Shown here piece after piece: positions 1-8,019 of a stretch of 32,000 bases of DNA. How positions within the stretch are numbered: position 1 is the first letter of the stretch; every line of letters starts with the position of its first letter. This DNA is from Horticoccus luteus (lineage in GTDB: Bacteria > Verrucomicrobiota > Verrucomicrobiia > Opitutales > Opitutaceae), in assembly GCF_019464535.1 (NCBI RefSeq), contig NZ_CP080507.1:1050001-1082000 (forward strand). Reading direction: 5' to 3'. The position numbers and the translations under genes are program-made. The notes beneath the pieces were generated by a model. It had not been told where the DNA came from. It did not search any database and saw only the letters and a program-made list of their open reading frames with translations.

Positions 1-398
1 CCGTGTTCATCCGAGTAAGTGACGCTGATCCGGTCCGGGCGCTTCACATCGCCCCGAATCTCCGGAAACGAGAGGCATCCCTCTTCGTAAATATCTTCGC
101 CGGCCAAGGGCGAGACGGTCACCTGCGGATTCACCAGCGTCATCGGCATGATCAATTCCAAGGGCGGGCGCGCGCCGTCGAGCCGCCAGTCGAAATCGGG
201 ATCCACTGCTCGCAGATCGATCACGCAAAGTTGCAAGGGTTCGCCGATTTGTTGAGCGGCGAGGCCGATGCCGTGGGCGTCGTGCATGCTGGCCGTCATC
301 TCGGTCGCCAAACGGCGCAGCGAAGGATCGAAGGTGGTGACGAGCGCACCCTTGCGGCGGAGGACGGCGTGGTCGAAGTGAACAATCTGCAGCGGCAT
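1..398 (-). CDS. def: Peptide deformylase, N-terminal ~132 codons; the 3' end runs off the left edge
   Basis: Manual translation of the minus strand from ATG at 398-396 gives MPLQIVHFDHAVLRRKGALV...HGIGLAAQQIGEPLQLCVID...EGCLSFPEIRGDVKRP. It contains PDF motif 1 (GIGLAAxQ) and motif 2 (EGCLS). The frame is open to position 1, so it is absent from the ORF track. The listed ORFs 3..413(+) and 7..441(-) are off-frame shadows. Confidence 0.9.
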   Translation of the reverse strand, partial: MPLQIVHFDHAVLRRKGALVTTFDPSLRRLATEMTASMHDAHGIGLAAQQIGEPLQLCVIDLRAVDPDFDWRLDGARPPLELIMPMTLVNPQVTVSPLAGEDIYEEGCLSFPEIRGDVKRPDRISVTYSDEH

Positions 399-513
399 GG
401 GCGTGGCTTTTGAGCGTCGGTTTGAGGTCGGTGGCCCGCAAACAAATTGTGTTTTGAACGCGTGCTCCGGGCGACGTCTGAGCGGCACTCGGTTCGCACG
501 CTGGCTGGCGCGT

Positions 514-1158
514 TCAGACGCGTGACCAGACATCGCTGCGCAAAAGCCCGGCCTGCCATTCGTCATGCGCGATGTGGTGCCAGCCGCGGTCAATCATCAT
601 AGCGGGAATTTCAGGCAACGCCCGCGCCGAGATTCGGGTGACGCGGCGAAAGAAGAAATACAACACGTCCAACCAGAGTCGCGCTCGCCAGCGACGCCAT
701 CCTTCCGCGGGCAACGCGAAATCAGCATACAGCCAAAGGCAGTCTCGCCGAGCGGCCAGCGAAAGCTTCGCGAGCAAACCACCCGCTTCCGCGGCGGTAA
801 AGCAGTCGAGAAAGAAGAGCGTGACGATCGCGTCGAATTCATCCGTGGGCAACGCCAGTTGGCGCGCATCGGCTTGCGTGAATTGCACCGCGGCGGGGTG
901 AACGTTCCCGCGGAGGCGCTGTGCGGCGGTGGCGAGCATCGCGGCACTGGCATCGACGCATTGGATGCGCGCGTGCGGTGCGAGGTGCACGAGCCGGGCG
1001 AGGCAGCGGCCGTCGCCTTCGCCCAAGACGAGAATATTTTTCCGGTCACGGAGTTCGTCCAAAAAACGAAACCGGGCGCGTTCGAGCGCGCCGCCGAATG
1101 CGAGCCGTTCCAGGGCGGCGTAAATGCGCGCGAGTCGATCGAAGTTGGCGGCGGTCAT
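514..1158 (-). CDS. Class I SAM-dependent methyltransferase
   Basis: 214-aa ORF with a Rossmann SAM motif I (ILVLGEGDGRCL) and an acidic residue after beta-2 (IQCVDAS). Its ATG overlaps the upstream gene's TGA by 4 bp (ATGA at 1155-1158). Confidence 0.75.
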   Translation of the reverse strand: MTAANFDRLARIYAALERLAFGGALERARFRFLDELRDRKNILVLGEGDGRCLARLVHLAPHARIQCVDASAAMLATAAQRLRGNVHPAAVQFTQADARQLALPTDEFDAIVTLFFLDCFTAAEAGGLLAKLSLAARRDCLWLYADFALPAEGWRRWRARLWLDVLYFFFRRVTRISARALPEIPAMMIDRGWHHIAHDEWQAGLLRSDVWSRV

Positions 1159-2021
1159 CGTCTGAGGTGCGCCGCGAGCCAGAGCACCGCGGGCGTGAGT
1201 AACACCGCATCCGCCAAGACGCGCGCGAGCCGTCCGTTGATGTCCTTACGGTGGTGGGCGAGATCGACGCCCGCGAGTAGCAGCGCGCTGACCGCGGTGC
1301 ACGCGAGCACGGGGGCCAGGCCCGACGGCACTGTGACCCACGCGAGGCCGGCTCCGGCGGCCACGCCCCACGGAAGCGCGCGACTGGCGCGCAGCGCCCG
1401 CCGGAACTGAAGCGCGAGGGAAGTTTGCCCGTGCGCGGCATCGACATCGATCTCCCACGCGGAGATCAACACGAGGTTGGTGAAGAAGAGCAGAGCAACA
1501 CAGCCGATCGCGCTGCCCAGCACGCCGTCGCGCACGAAGGGATCGGCCACGGGAAACAGGCCGACGCCGCCGGCGAGCAGCAACGTGACAATGATTTCCT
1601 TGGGCGCGCGCCAGCGGTGATGCCGGTGCACGAATTGGTGGGAAAGCAGGTAGAGCGCCACGGCGCCGAGGAGGATGAAGCCGGCGCTCAGCTCGCGCGG
1701 CGTGAGCCAGTGGAGCGCGATGGCCACATCCGCGGCAAACACCAAGGGCCACACGACGGCAATGGCGCGGCGTTGGGTTTGGTAAAAGCGATGGCGCGGG
1801 GTCTGGACGACATCGGGGGCGAGCCGCCAGCCTTCGATCCAGCGGTCGGCCGAATAGGCGAGCCACGTCGAGGTGCCAAGGACGATGACATGCTGGGATG
1901 ACAGCGGGAAAAGCGCGGCGCGCGCGACGAGCCATTGCCACGCGAGGGCGACCGCCGGGGCGTCCAAGGAAAGGACGGTCGGCCACTGCCACCAGCGCGG
2001 GCGCGTTGTCGAAGCGGTCAT
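1155..2021 (-). CDS. Polytopic membrane protein, possibly UbiA-superfamily prenyltransferase-like
   Basis: About 8 hydrophobic segments. A second UbiA-like Asp-rich motif is present (SAWEIDVDAAHGQTSLA), and the first motif looks degenerate (YSADRWIEG). ATG at 2021 is preferred over the TTG at 2057 used by the ORF track. The stop overlaps the methyltransferase start. Confidence 0.55.
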   Translation of the reverse strand: MTASTTRPRWWQWPTVLSLDAPAVALAWQWLVARAALFPLSSQHVIVLGTSTWLAYSADRWIEGWRLAPDVVQTPRHRFYQTQRRAIAVVWPLVFAADVAIALHWLTPRELSAGFILLGAVALYLLSHQFVHRHHRWRAPKEIIVTLLLAGGVGLFPVADPFVRDGVLGSAIGCVALLFFTNLVLISAWEIDVDAAHGQTSLALQFRRALRASRALPWGVAAGAGLAWVTVPSGLAPVLACTAVSALLLAGVDLAHHRKDINGRLARVLADAVLLTPAVLWLAAHLRR

Positions 2022-2102
2022 GGGCGGGGAGCGAATACCGTTTGGGGCGGCTGGCAACGCCGGGCGTTTCCCCGCGAATGGATTGAGGGGGGCACATTTT
2101 GA

Positions 2103-3389
2103 GTGGCGCCCGGCGCGCGCTCGCCAACGTTAGGTGTCGTGCAGCCCGAATCAAAACAGCCTTCAGGTCCGTCATCCGCGAACAAAGCGGTGCCCGAATA
2201 TGACCGCGCAACGTGGCCGAAGCCGTGGGCGCAGTTGAAATATTTCACGTTTCAACCGGCGATTTTTCCGCGGTTGCTGGGGCACGTGTCGTCCGACGCG
2301 CGTCCGGGCGACTGGGTGAATGTCTACGACAAGAATGGGCGGCTGGCGGGAGCCGGGTTGTTCAACCCCCGGGCGAAAATTCCGCTGCGCGTGGTGGCGC
2401 ATGGCACGGAGCCGGTGAGCGAAGCGTATTTTGAGCTGGCGATCCGGCGGGCGGTGGCGCTGCGGCGCGAGGTGTTCAAGCTCGATGAACACACGGATGC
2501 GTATCGGCTGATCAACTCCGATGGAGATGGGTTGAGCGGACTGACGATCGATCGTTACGCGGATGTGCTGTTCTGCGAAGTTTACAGCCTCGGGATCGCG
2601 CTGCGGCTGCCTGCGTGGCTGCCATTGTTGCATGAACTGGCGGGGACGAAATTTGCGCGGGTCAGTGTGGATCACGATTTGGGCAGCCTCGAAGGGATCC
2701 GTCCGTCGACGTTTAACGAGACCAACGCGGCGGCGCCGCGCACGGTGAAAATCCGCGAGCACGGCGTGCGTTACGAGGTCGATTTCGCGGAAGGGCACAA
2801 GACTGGTTTCTTCTGTGACCAGCGGGAGAACCGGCGCGCAATTGCGCGTTTCACGCCGGGTGCGCGCGTGCTGGATCTGTGCTGTTACACCGGCGGCTTT
2901 TCGTTGTGTGCGAAAGTGCTGGGCGGCGCCGCCGACGTGACGAGCGTGGATCTCGACGAGGTGGCGATCGCCCAGGCGAAGCGCAACGCGAACCTGAATC
3001 AGGCGCGGTTGAAATTCGTGCACGCGGACGCGTTCGCCTACGTGCGGCAGATGCAGCAGAACGGGGAGTCGTGGGACGTCGTGGTGCTTGACCCGCCGAA
3101 GTTTATTTTCACGCGCGATGAGCACGGAAACTGGGAAGGTCGCCAGAAATACGAGGATTTGAACCAGCTCGCGATTTCCTTGGTGAGACCGGGCGGGATT
3201 TTCGTGACGTGCTCGTGCTCCGGTCTGCTCAGCCTGGAGGATTTCGAGGAGCACGTCATCCGCGGGGCGCATCGGTTGAACCGGCGGTTGCAGTTTTTCG
3301 ACCGCACGGGGCCGGGGCCCGATCATCCCGTCTATTCCAATTGTTTGGAAAGCCGTTATCTCAAGGTGCTCTGGGCGCGAGTCGTGTAG
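2103..3389 (+). CDS. rlmI: Class I SAM-dependent rRNA (cytosine-C5) methyltransferase, RlmI-like
   Basis: Contains TGFFCDQRENR (RlmI-family signature), SAM motif I (VLDLCCYTGGFS) and motif IV (LDPPKF). The start is uncertain: GTG at 2103, 2139 or 2190 are all in frame, and 2190 would give a typical ~399 aa. Confidence 0.8.
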   Translation: MAPGARSPTLGVVQPESKQPSGPSSANKAVPEYDRATWPKPWAQLKYFTFQPAIFPRLLGHVSSDARPGDWVNVYDKNGRLAGAGLFNPRAKIPLRVVAHGTEPVSEAYFELAIRRAVALRREVFKLDEHTDAYRLINSDGDGLSGLTIDRYADVLFCEVYSLGIALRLPAWLPLLHELAGTKFARVSVDHDLGSLEGIRPSTFNETNAAAPRTVKIREHGVRYEVDFAEGHKTGFFCDQRENRRAIARFTPGARVLDLCCYTGGFSLCAKVLGGAADVTSVDLDEVAIAQAKRNANLNQARLKFVHADAFAYVRQMQQNGESWDVVVLDPPKFIFTRDEHGNWEGRQKYEDLNQLAISLVRPGGIFVTCSCSGLLSLEDFEEHVIRGAHRLNRRLQFFDRTGPGPDHPVYSNCLESRYLKVLWARVV

Positions 3390-3401
3390 CGCGCCGAGGC
3401 G

Positions 3402-5051
3402 TTACGGCGTTGCGAGGTAAACGTATTTGTAGGGATGGTGATCGAGCAGGGTGGGATGCCAGCCGTGCACCGATGGTCGAATGACGAAGACGTGCGTGTA
3501 GTGGTAAATCGGAATCAGCGGCGCAGCGTCGAGGAGAACACCTTCGGCTTTTTGGAGGAGCGCGAAACGGGCGGTGCGGTCGGCCGTGCGGTCGGCGGCA
3601 AAGAGGAGTGAATCGTAGCCGGAGTCTGCCCAGCCGGTGTAATTGTTGCCGCTGCTGCCGGTCCAGATGGCGAGGAAGGAATTCGGATCGAGATAATCGG
3701 CGGTCCAGACGGAGCGCAGAATCTGGAAATTTCCGGTCCGGCGGGCGTCGAGGGTGCTGTTGAGGTCTTGGTTGACGAGACGCACGTCGACGCCGAGCTC
3801 GCGCCGCCACGTCGCCTGCACGGCTTCGGCGATGAGCCGGTGTGTTTCGGAGCTGTTGAACAATAATTCGAGCGGGGGAATGCCCTTGCCGCCGGGATAG
3901 CCGGCGTCGGCGAGGAGCTGCCGTGCCGCGTCGAAATCCGTGACCACTTGCGCGCGCGAAGTGTAGCCGGCGATGCCGGGAGGCGTGAAGGCGTGCGCGG
4001 GCAGCTGGCCGCCTCCGAGGATTTTTTCGACGATGGCGGAGCGATCCACGGCGAGGGAAAGCGCGCGGCGGATGCGGACGTCGTTCAGAAACGGGCGCCG
4101 GACGTTGAGGCGGTAAAAGTAGGTGCCAACGAGCGGGTCGATGCGCAGCAGCGCGGGGTCATCGCGCCGGTAGGCGGCGATTTTCGAAGGGGGCAGTGCT
4201 TCGGTGAGATGAAGCTGGCCGGCGCGAAAGGCGCGCTCTTCGGCATCGATGCTGTCGTAAGCGTGGAAATGAATGGCGGTGAGGCGCACGTGCGCGGCGT
4301 CCCAGTAGGTGGGCGACTTTACGACGACGATTTCCTGCCCGGCGTGCCACGCTTTGAGGTTGAAGGGGCCATTGCCGACGAAGCGGCCCGGGCGGGCCCA
4401 GGCGTTGCCGCGCTCGGTGGTGGAACCATATTTTTCGATCACGCGGAGCGGGACGGGAAACCACGCGGTGTGGTTGAGCAGCGAGAGAAAATAGGGGACG
4501 GCGTGATCGAGCGTCACCCGCAACGTGCGGGCGTCCGGGGCGACCACGCCAACGGTCGAAAAATCGGCCTGGCCGTGGTGAAACGCTTCCGCGCCTTGGA
4601 TCACGTAGAGCATCGGCGCGTAATCGGCGGCGAGCGAGGGCGTGAGCATGCGCCGGAATGAAGCGACGAAATCCTGCGCGGTCACGGGTTCGCCGTCGGA
4701 CCAACGCGCATCAGCCCGAAGGTGGAAGGTGTAGGTGAGGCCGTCGGGGGAGATGTCCCAGCGTTCAGCGACGCCGGGGACGGGGTGCAGGTCGACGGGA
4801 TCTTCGCTGACCAAGCCTTCGAGGAGTGCGGAGAGGACGTTGTAGTCGCCTGCTTGCGTGGCGAGGTGCGGATCGAGATCGGCGAGGTCGGCGCCGATGC
4901 CGCGGTGGAGCACTTGGTCGCGGTCGCCGCGCTGGACCACGGTTTCGCGGGGGCCGCAGGCGGCGAGGCCGAATGCGCAGGCGGCGAGCAGGCAGGAGAC
5001 GAAAAGAGGTCGCGGGCGCACGCGCCGCGAGAGATGGCGGAAGAAACTCAC
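3402..5051 (-). CDS. ABC-transporter substrate-binding lipoprotein, family 5 (peptide/nickel, OppA/DppA-like)
   Basis: 549 aa with a lipoprotein-type signal (LLAACAFGLAAC/G) and overall family-5 SBP character. Its GTG start overlaps the ispF stop (GTGA at 5048-5051). No permease or ATPase genes are adjacent. Confidence 0.85.
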   Translation of the reverse strand: MSFFRHLSRRVRPRPLFVSCLLAACAFGLAACGPRETVVQRGDRDQVLHRGIGADLADLDPHLATQAGDYNVLSALLEGLVSEDPVDLHPVPGVAERWDISPDGLTYTFHLRADARWSDGEPVTAQDFVASFRRMLTPSLAADYAPMLYVIQGAEAFHHGQADFSTVGVVAPDARTLRVTLDHAVPYFLSLLNHTAWFPVPLRVIEKYGSTTERGNAWARPGRFVGNGPFNLKAWHAGQEIVVVKSPTYWDAAHVRLTAIHFHAYDSIDAEERAFRAGQLHLTEALPPSKIAAYRRDDPALLRIDPLVGTYFYRLNVRRPFLNDVRIRRALSLAVDRSAIVEKILGGGQLPAHAFTPPGIAGYTSRAQVVTDFDAARQLLADAGYPGGKGIPPLELLFNSSETHRLIAEAVQATWRRELGVDVRLVNQDLNSTLDARRTGNFQILRSVWTADYLDPNSFLAIWTGSSGNNYTGWADSGYDSLLFAADRTADRTARFALLQKAEGVLLDAAPLIPIYHYTHVFVIRPSVHGWHPTLLDHHPYKYVYLATP

Positions 5052-5527
5052 GCCTTGACGATGAGAGCAACCGCGTGCGCCGCAATCGCGAGCGCGCGAC
5101 CGAGATCGCCGACGCCTTCGTTGGTCGTCGCCTTCAGACCGATATTGGCGACGGGGAGATGGGTGGATTTGGCGAGCGCAGCCTTCATCTCATCCAGCCG
5201 CGGATAGATTTTCGGCTTCTCCGCGACGACCGTGGCATCGAGGTTGGAGATCGCAAAACCGCGGCGGGAAAGTTCGCCGCACACACGAGTGAGCAGGACC
5301 TGTGAGTCGATGTTTTTGTAGGCCGGATCGGTGTTGGGGAAGAAATGGCCGATGTCGGGCAGGCCGGCGGCGCCGAGGAGGGCATCGCAGATCGCGTGGG
5401 TGAGGCAGTCGGCGTCGCTGTGCCCGTCGAGGCCGTAATCGGTGTCAAACCTCACGCCGCCGAGCACGAGCGGGCGACCGGAAACGAGGCGGTGAATGTC
5501 GTAGCCATGACCGATGCGAAAGTTCAC
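5048..5527 (-). CDS. ispF: 2-C-methyl-D-erythritol 2,4-cyclodiphosphate synthase
   Basis: Motifs IGHGYDIHRL and GHSDADCLTHAICDALLGA. The ORF-track start at 5686 overlaps ispD, so I prefer GTG at 5527 (TTG at 5539 is also possible), which gives ~159 aa. Confidence 0.9.
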   Translation of the reverse strand: MNFRIGHGYDIHRLVSGRPLVLGGVRFDTDYGLDGHSDADCLTHAICDALLGAAGLPDIGHFFPNTDPAYKNIDSQVLLTRVCGELSRRGFAISNLDATVVAEKPKIYPRLDEMKAALAKSTHLPVANIGLKATTNEGVGDLGRALAIAAHAVALIVKA

Positions 5528-5552
5528 GGGAGAACCCAAAACGAACGCTCGC

Positions 5553-6239
5553 TCAAATGCCCGCTGATTCGTGCGTGAGCAGAAATTCGAGATACGCCAA
5601 ATCCTGCGGCGAAGTGAGCTTGGGATTGGGATAGGCGTTTTCCAGCAGGGCGATGGGGTGCCCGAGGAGCTCGACGGCGGAAGCATCGTCGGTGATGCTG
5701 CGGCCGCGGTCGATGACTTTGGCGTAGGCGCGTGCGATCAGATCCGTGGCGAAAACCTGCGGCGTTTCCATGGCCCAGAGGCGGGAGCGGTCGAGCGTGC
5801 GTAAGCGGGCGTCATCGCGATGCTCCTTGATGGTGTCGGTCACGCGATGTGCGAGCACGACCGCGTCTTCGCGGCGCACGATTTTGTGCAGGGCGACGAG
5901 TTGCTCGGGGCGGACGAGTGGACGGGCGCAGTCGTGGATGTAAACGTATTCGACATCGCCGGGGAGCGCTTCGAGGGCGTTGGCAACAGAGTGCTGCCGC
6001 TCGCGGCCGCCGCGGACGAAAACGGCGGGCGTAGGAACGTAGCACATCAGGGCGCGCTGCTGGGCGAGGTCGCGGCAGACGACGACGTAAAAATCGGCCA
6101 CACCGCTGGCGACGAAAGCGCCGGCGGAGTGGGCGATGACGGGTTTCCCGGCCAGCGGGGCGAGAATCTTGTCTTCGACTTTGCCGAGCATGCGGCGGCT
6201 GGCGCCGGCGGCGAGGAGGATGGCGGCGGTGCGGCTCAT
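5553..6239 (-). CDS. ispD: 2-C-methyl-D-erythritol 4-phosphate cytidylyltransferase
   Basis: Begins MSRTAAILLAAGASRRM (the AAGxGxRM nucleotide-binding motif) and later has ETPQVF. ATG at 6239-6237 overlaps the pyrF TGA (6238-6236). The 305-aa track ORF is an upstream over-extension into pyrF. Confidence 0.9.
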   Translation of the reverse strand: MSRTAAILLAAGASRRMLGKVEDKILAPLAGKPVIAHSAGAFVASGVADFYVVVCRDLAQQRALMCYVPTPAVFVRGGRERQHSVANALEALPGDVEYVYIHDCARPLVRPEQLVALHKIVRREDAVVLAHRVTDTIKEHRDDARLRTLDRSRLWAMETPQVFATDLIARAYAKVIDRGRSITDDASAVELLGHPIALLENAYPNPKLTSPQDLAYLEFLLTHESAGI

Positions 6240-6931
6240 GCGGTGGAAAGTTCGGCGAGGATCGCGCGCGCCGCCGCGGCGGGATCCGGGGCTTGGAAAA
6301 TAGGACGGCCGACGACGATGAACGTCGCACCGGTGCGGGCGGCATCGCCCGGCGTCATGATGCGGGTCTGATCGTCGCCGCGGGCATCGCGCGGGCGAAT
6401 GCCGGGCGTGACCAAGGCAATGTCGGGTGGCAAGGCGGAGCGGAGCGGCGCGATCTCGAGCGGCGAACACACGAGGCCGCGGAGGCCGGAGTCGGTCGCG
6501 AGGCGGCCGAGGCGGACGACTTGCTGTTCGGGCGATGCGGCGACGCCGGTTTCGGCGAGGCCGGCGGCGCTCATCGAGGTGAGCACGGTGACGCCGAGGA
6601 GGAGGAGATGGGGCGCGTGCTCATGAGCGGATTTGGCGGCCCACTGCATCATTTCGCGACCGCCCGAGGTGTGCACCGTGAGCATGCCGATGGGCAGGCG
6701 GGCGGCGGAGGCCACGGCTTTCGCCACGGTGTTGGGAATGTCGTGGAGCTTGAGGTCGAGAAAGACGTTGAAGCCGTAATCGGCGATTTCACGCACGGCA
6801 TCGGGGCCGCACGCGGTGAACATTTCCAATCCAACCTTCACCCAGCGCACGGTTCCTTGCAGTTGCCGGAGCACGGGCGCGAGGTCGCGGGGAGAAGGGG
6901 CGTCGAGAACGAGGATCAAGTCACAGGCCAT
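6236..6931 (-). CDS. pyrF: Orotidine 5'-phosphate decarboxylase
   Basis: 231 aa, with LDLKLHDIPNTV (catalytic Lys/Asp motif) and a typical N-terminal ILVLD. Confidence 0.9.
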   Translation of the reverse strand: MACDLILVLDAPSPRDLAPVLRQLQGTVRWVKVGLEMFTACGPDAVREIADYGFNVFLDLKLHDIPNTVAKAVASAARLPIGMLTVHTSGGREMMQWAAKSAHEHAPHLLLLGVTVLTSMSAAGLAETGVAASPEQQVVRLGRLATDSGLRGLVCSPLEIAPLRSALPPDIALVTPGIRPRDARGDDQTRIMTPGDAARTGATFIVVGRPIFQAPDPAAAARAILAELSTA

Positions 6932-7030
6932 GGCTCGGTCGGGCAGAGGTTGGACAGAGGTGGAGGGGAAGGCCAGCGCGGGTTTTGGCTTTTAGCGAGC
7001 CTGTGCTTCGTGTCGATTGGGTGAACTTCG
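6932..7030. promoter_or_regulatory. Divergent intergenic region expected to carry the promoters for pyrF-ispDF-SBP and ispE
   Basis: A 99-bp gap lies between divergently oriented start codons. No consensus -35/-10 was recognised, so this is called from gene arrangement only. Confidence 0.35.
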
Positions 7031-7951
7031 ATGCAGGTCAGCCTCTTTAGTCCGGCCAAGCTCAATCTCTCGCTCGCGATCACGGGACGGCGCGCGGATG
7101 GGTTTCACGACCTCGTGTCGGTGGTCGCGCCGCTGACGTGGGGCGACACGTTGCATGCGGAGGGGACGGAAACGCGTGGGGAGACGCTGCTAACCTGCGA
7201 CGATCCGGCGCTCGCGACGGACGAGACGAACCTCGTGCGGAAGGCGGCCGGGTTGTTTCGCGCGACGACCGGCTGGCAGGGCGGCGTGCGTTTCCGGCTC
7301 GAGAAACGCATCCCCACGGGGGCGGGCTTGGGCGGCGGCAGCAGTAACGCGGTGGCGGCGTTGCGGGCGTTGCAGCGAGTGTCGGGCTGCGTGGTGGCGC
7401 CGGAAACGATGCTGCGAATGGCGGCGGCGGCGGGGTCGGATTGCCCGCTGTTTCTGGCGGATGGTCCGGTGATCATGCGCGGGCGGGGCGAACGGGTGGA
7501 GGCGTTGCCGGAGTCGGGCGCACGGCGCTTGGTCGGGCGGCGGGTGCTCGTCTGCAAACCGGCGTTTGGCATCGCGACGGCGTGGGCGTATGGCCGATTG
7601 GCGGATGGGGTGGCGCGCGGCGTGGCGGCGTATGCGGCGGGAGAGAAAGTCGAGGACGGGCTTCAGCGCTGGCTGCAAAGCGAAAATGCGCCGGCGGAGG
7701 CGTTGTTGAACAATACATTCGAGCAAGTGGCGTTCGCGAAATTTGTGGCGTTGCCGACGCTGGCGGCGTGGGTCGAGGCGCGGTGCGGGGTGACGTTGCA
7801 TCTGAGTGGCAGCGGGAGCGCGTGCTTCGCGTTATTGGGCCCGGAAGTGGATGCGACGCACGTGGCGGTGTGCGTGCGCGAGGCTTGGGGCGCGTCGGCG
7901 TTGGTCGTCGAATCTGCGCTGGCGGGAAACGGCGCGCCGGTGCGATTTTAA
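7031..7951 (+). CDS. ispE: 4-diphosphocytidyl-2-C-methyl-D-erythritol kinase
   Basis: N-terminal SPAKLNLSLAITGRRADGFHDL and the GHMP-kinase motif PTGAGLGGGSSNAVAAL. Confidence 0.9.
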   Translation: MQVSLFSPAKLNLSLAITGRRADGFHDLVSVVAPLTWGDTLHAEGTETRGETLLTCDDPALATDETNLVRKAAGLFRATTGWQGGVRFRLEKRIPTGAGLGGGSSNAVAALRALQRVSGCVVAPETMLRMAAAAGSDCPLFLADGPVIMRGRGERVEALPESGARRLVGRRVLVCKPAFGIATAWAYGRLADGVARGVAAYAAGEKVEDGLQRWLQSENAPAEALLNNTFEQVAFAKFVALPTLAAWVEARCGVTLHLSGSGSACFALLGPEVDATHVAVCVREAWGASALVVESALAGNGAPVRF

Positions 7952-8019
7952 TTCCCGATTGACCCATGCGCGACGGACGGCGTTAACCTCCGCGGCGGCA
8001 TTGCCGCTTTCCCCTCCGA

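Noticed and set aside
5528-5686. N-terminal extensions of ispF (to 5686), ispD (to 6470), dapL (to 11214) and panC (from 11194) in the ORF track
   Set aside because: The extensions overlap neighbouring genes or add non-homologous Pro/Arg/Ser-rich leaders. Internal starts give canonical protein lengths and N-termini.
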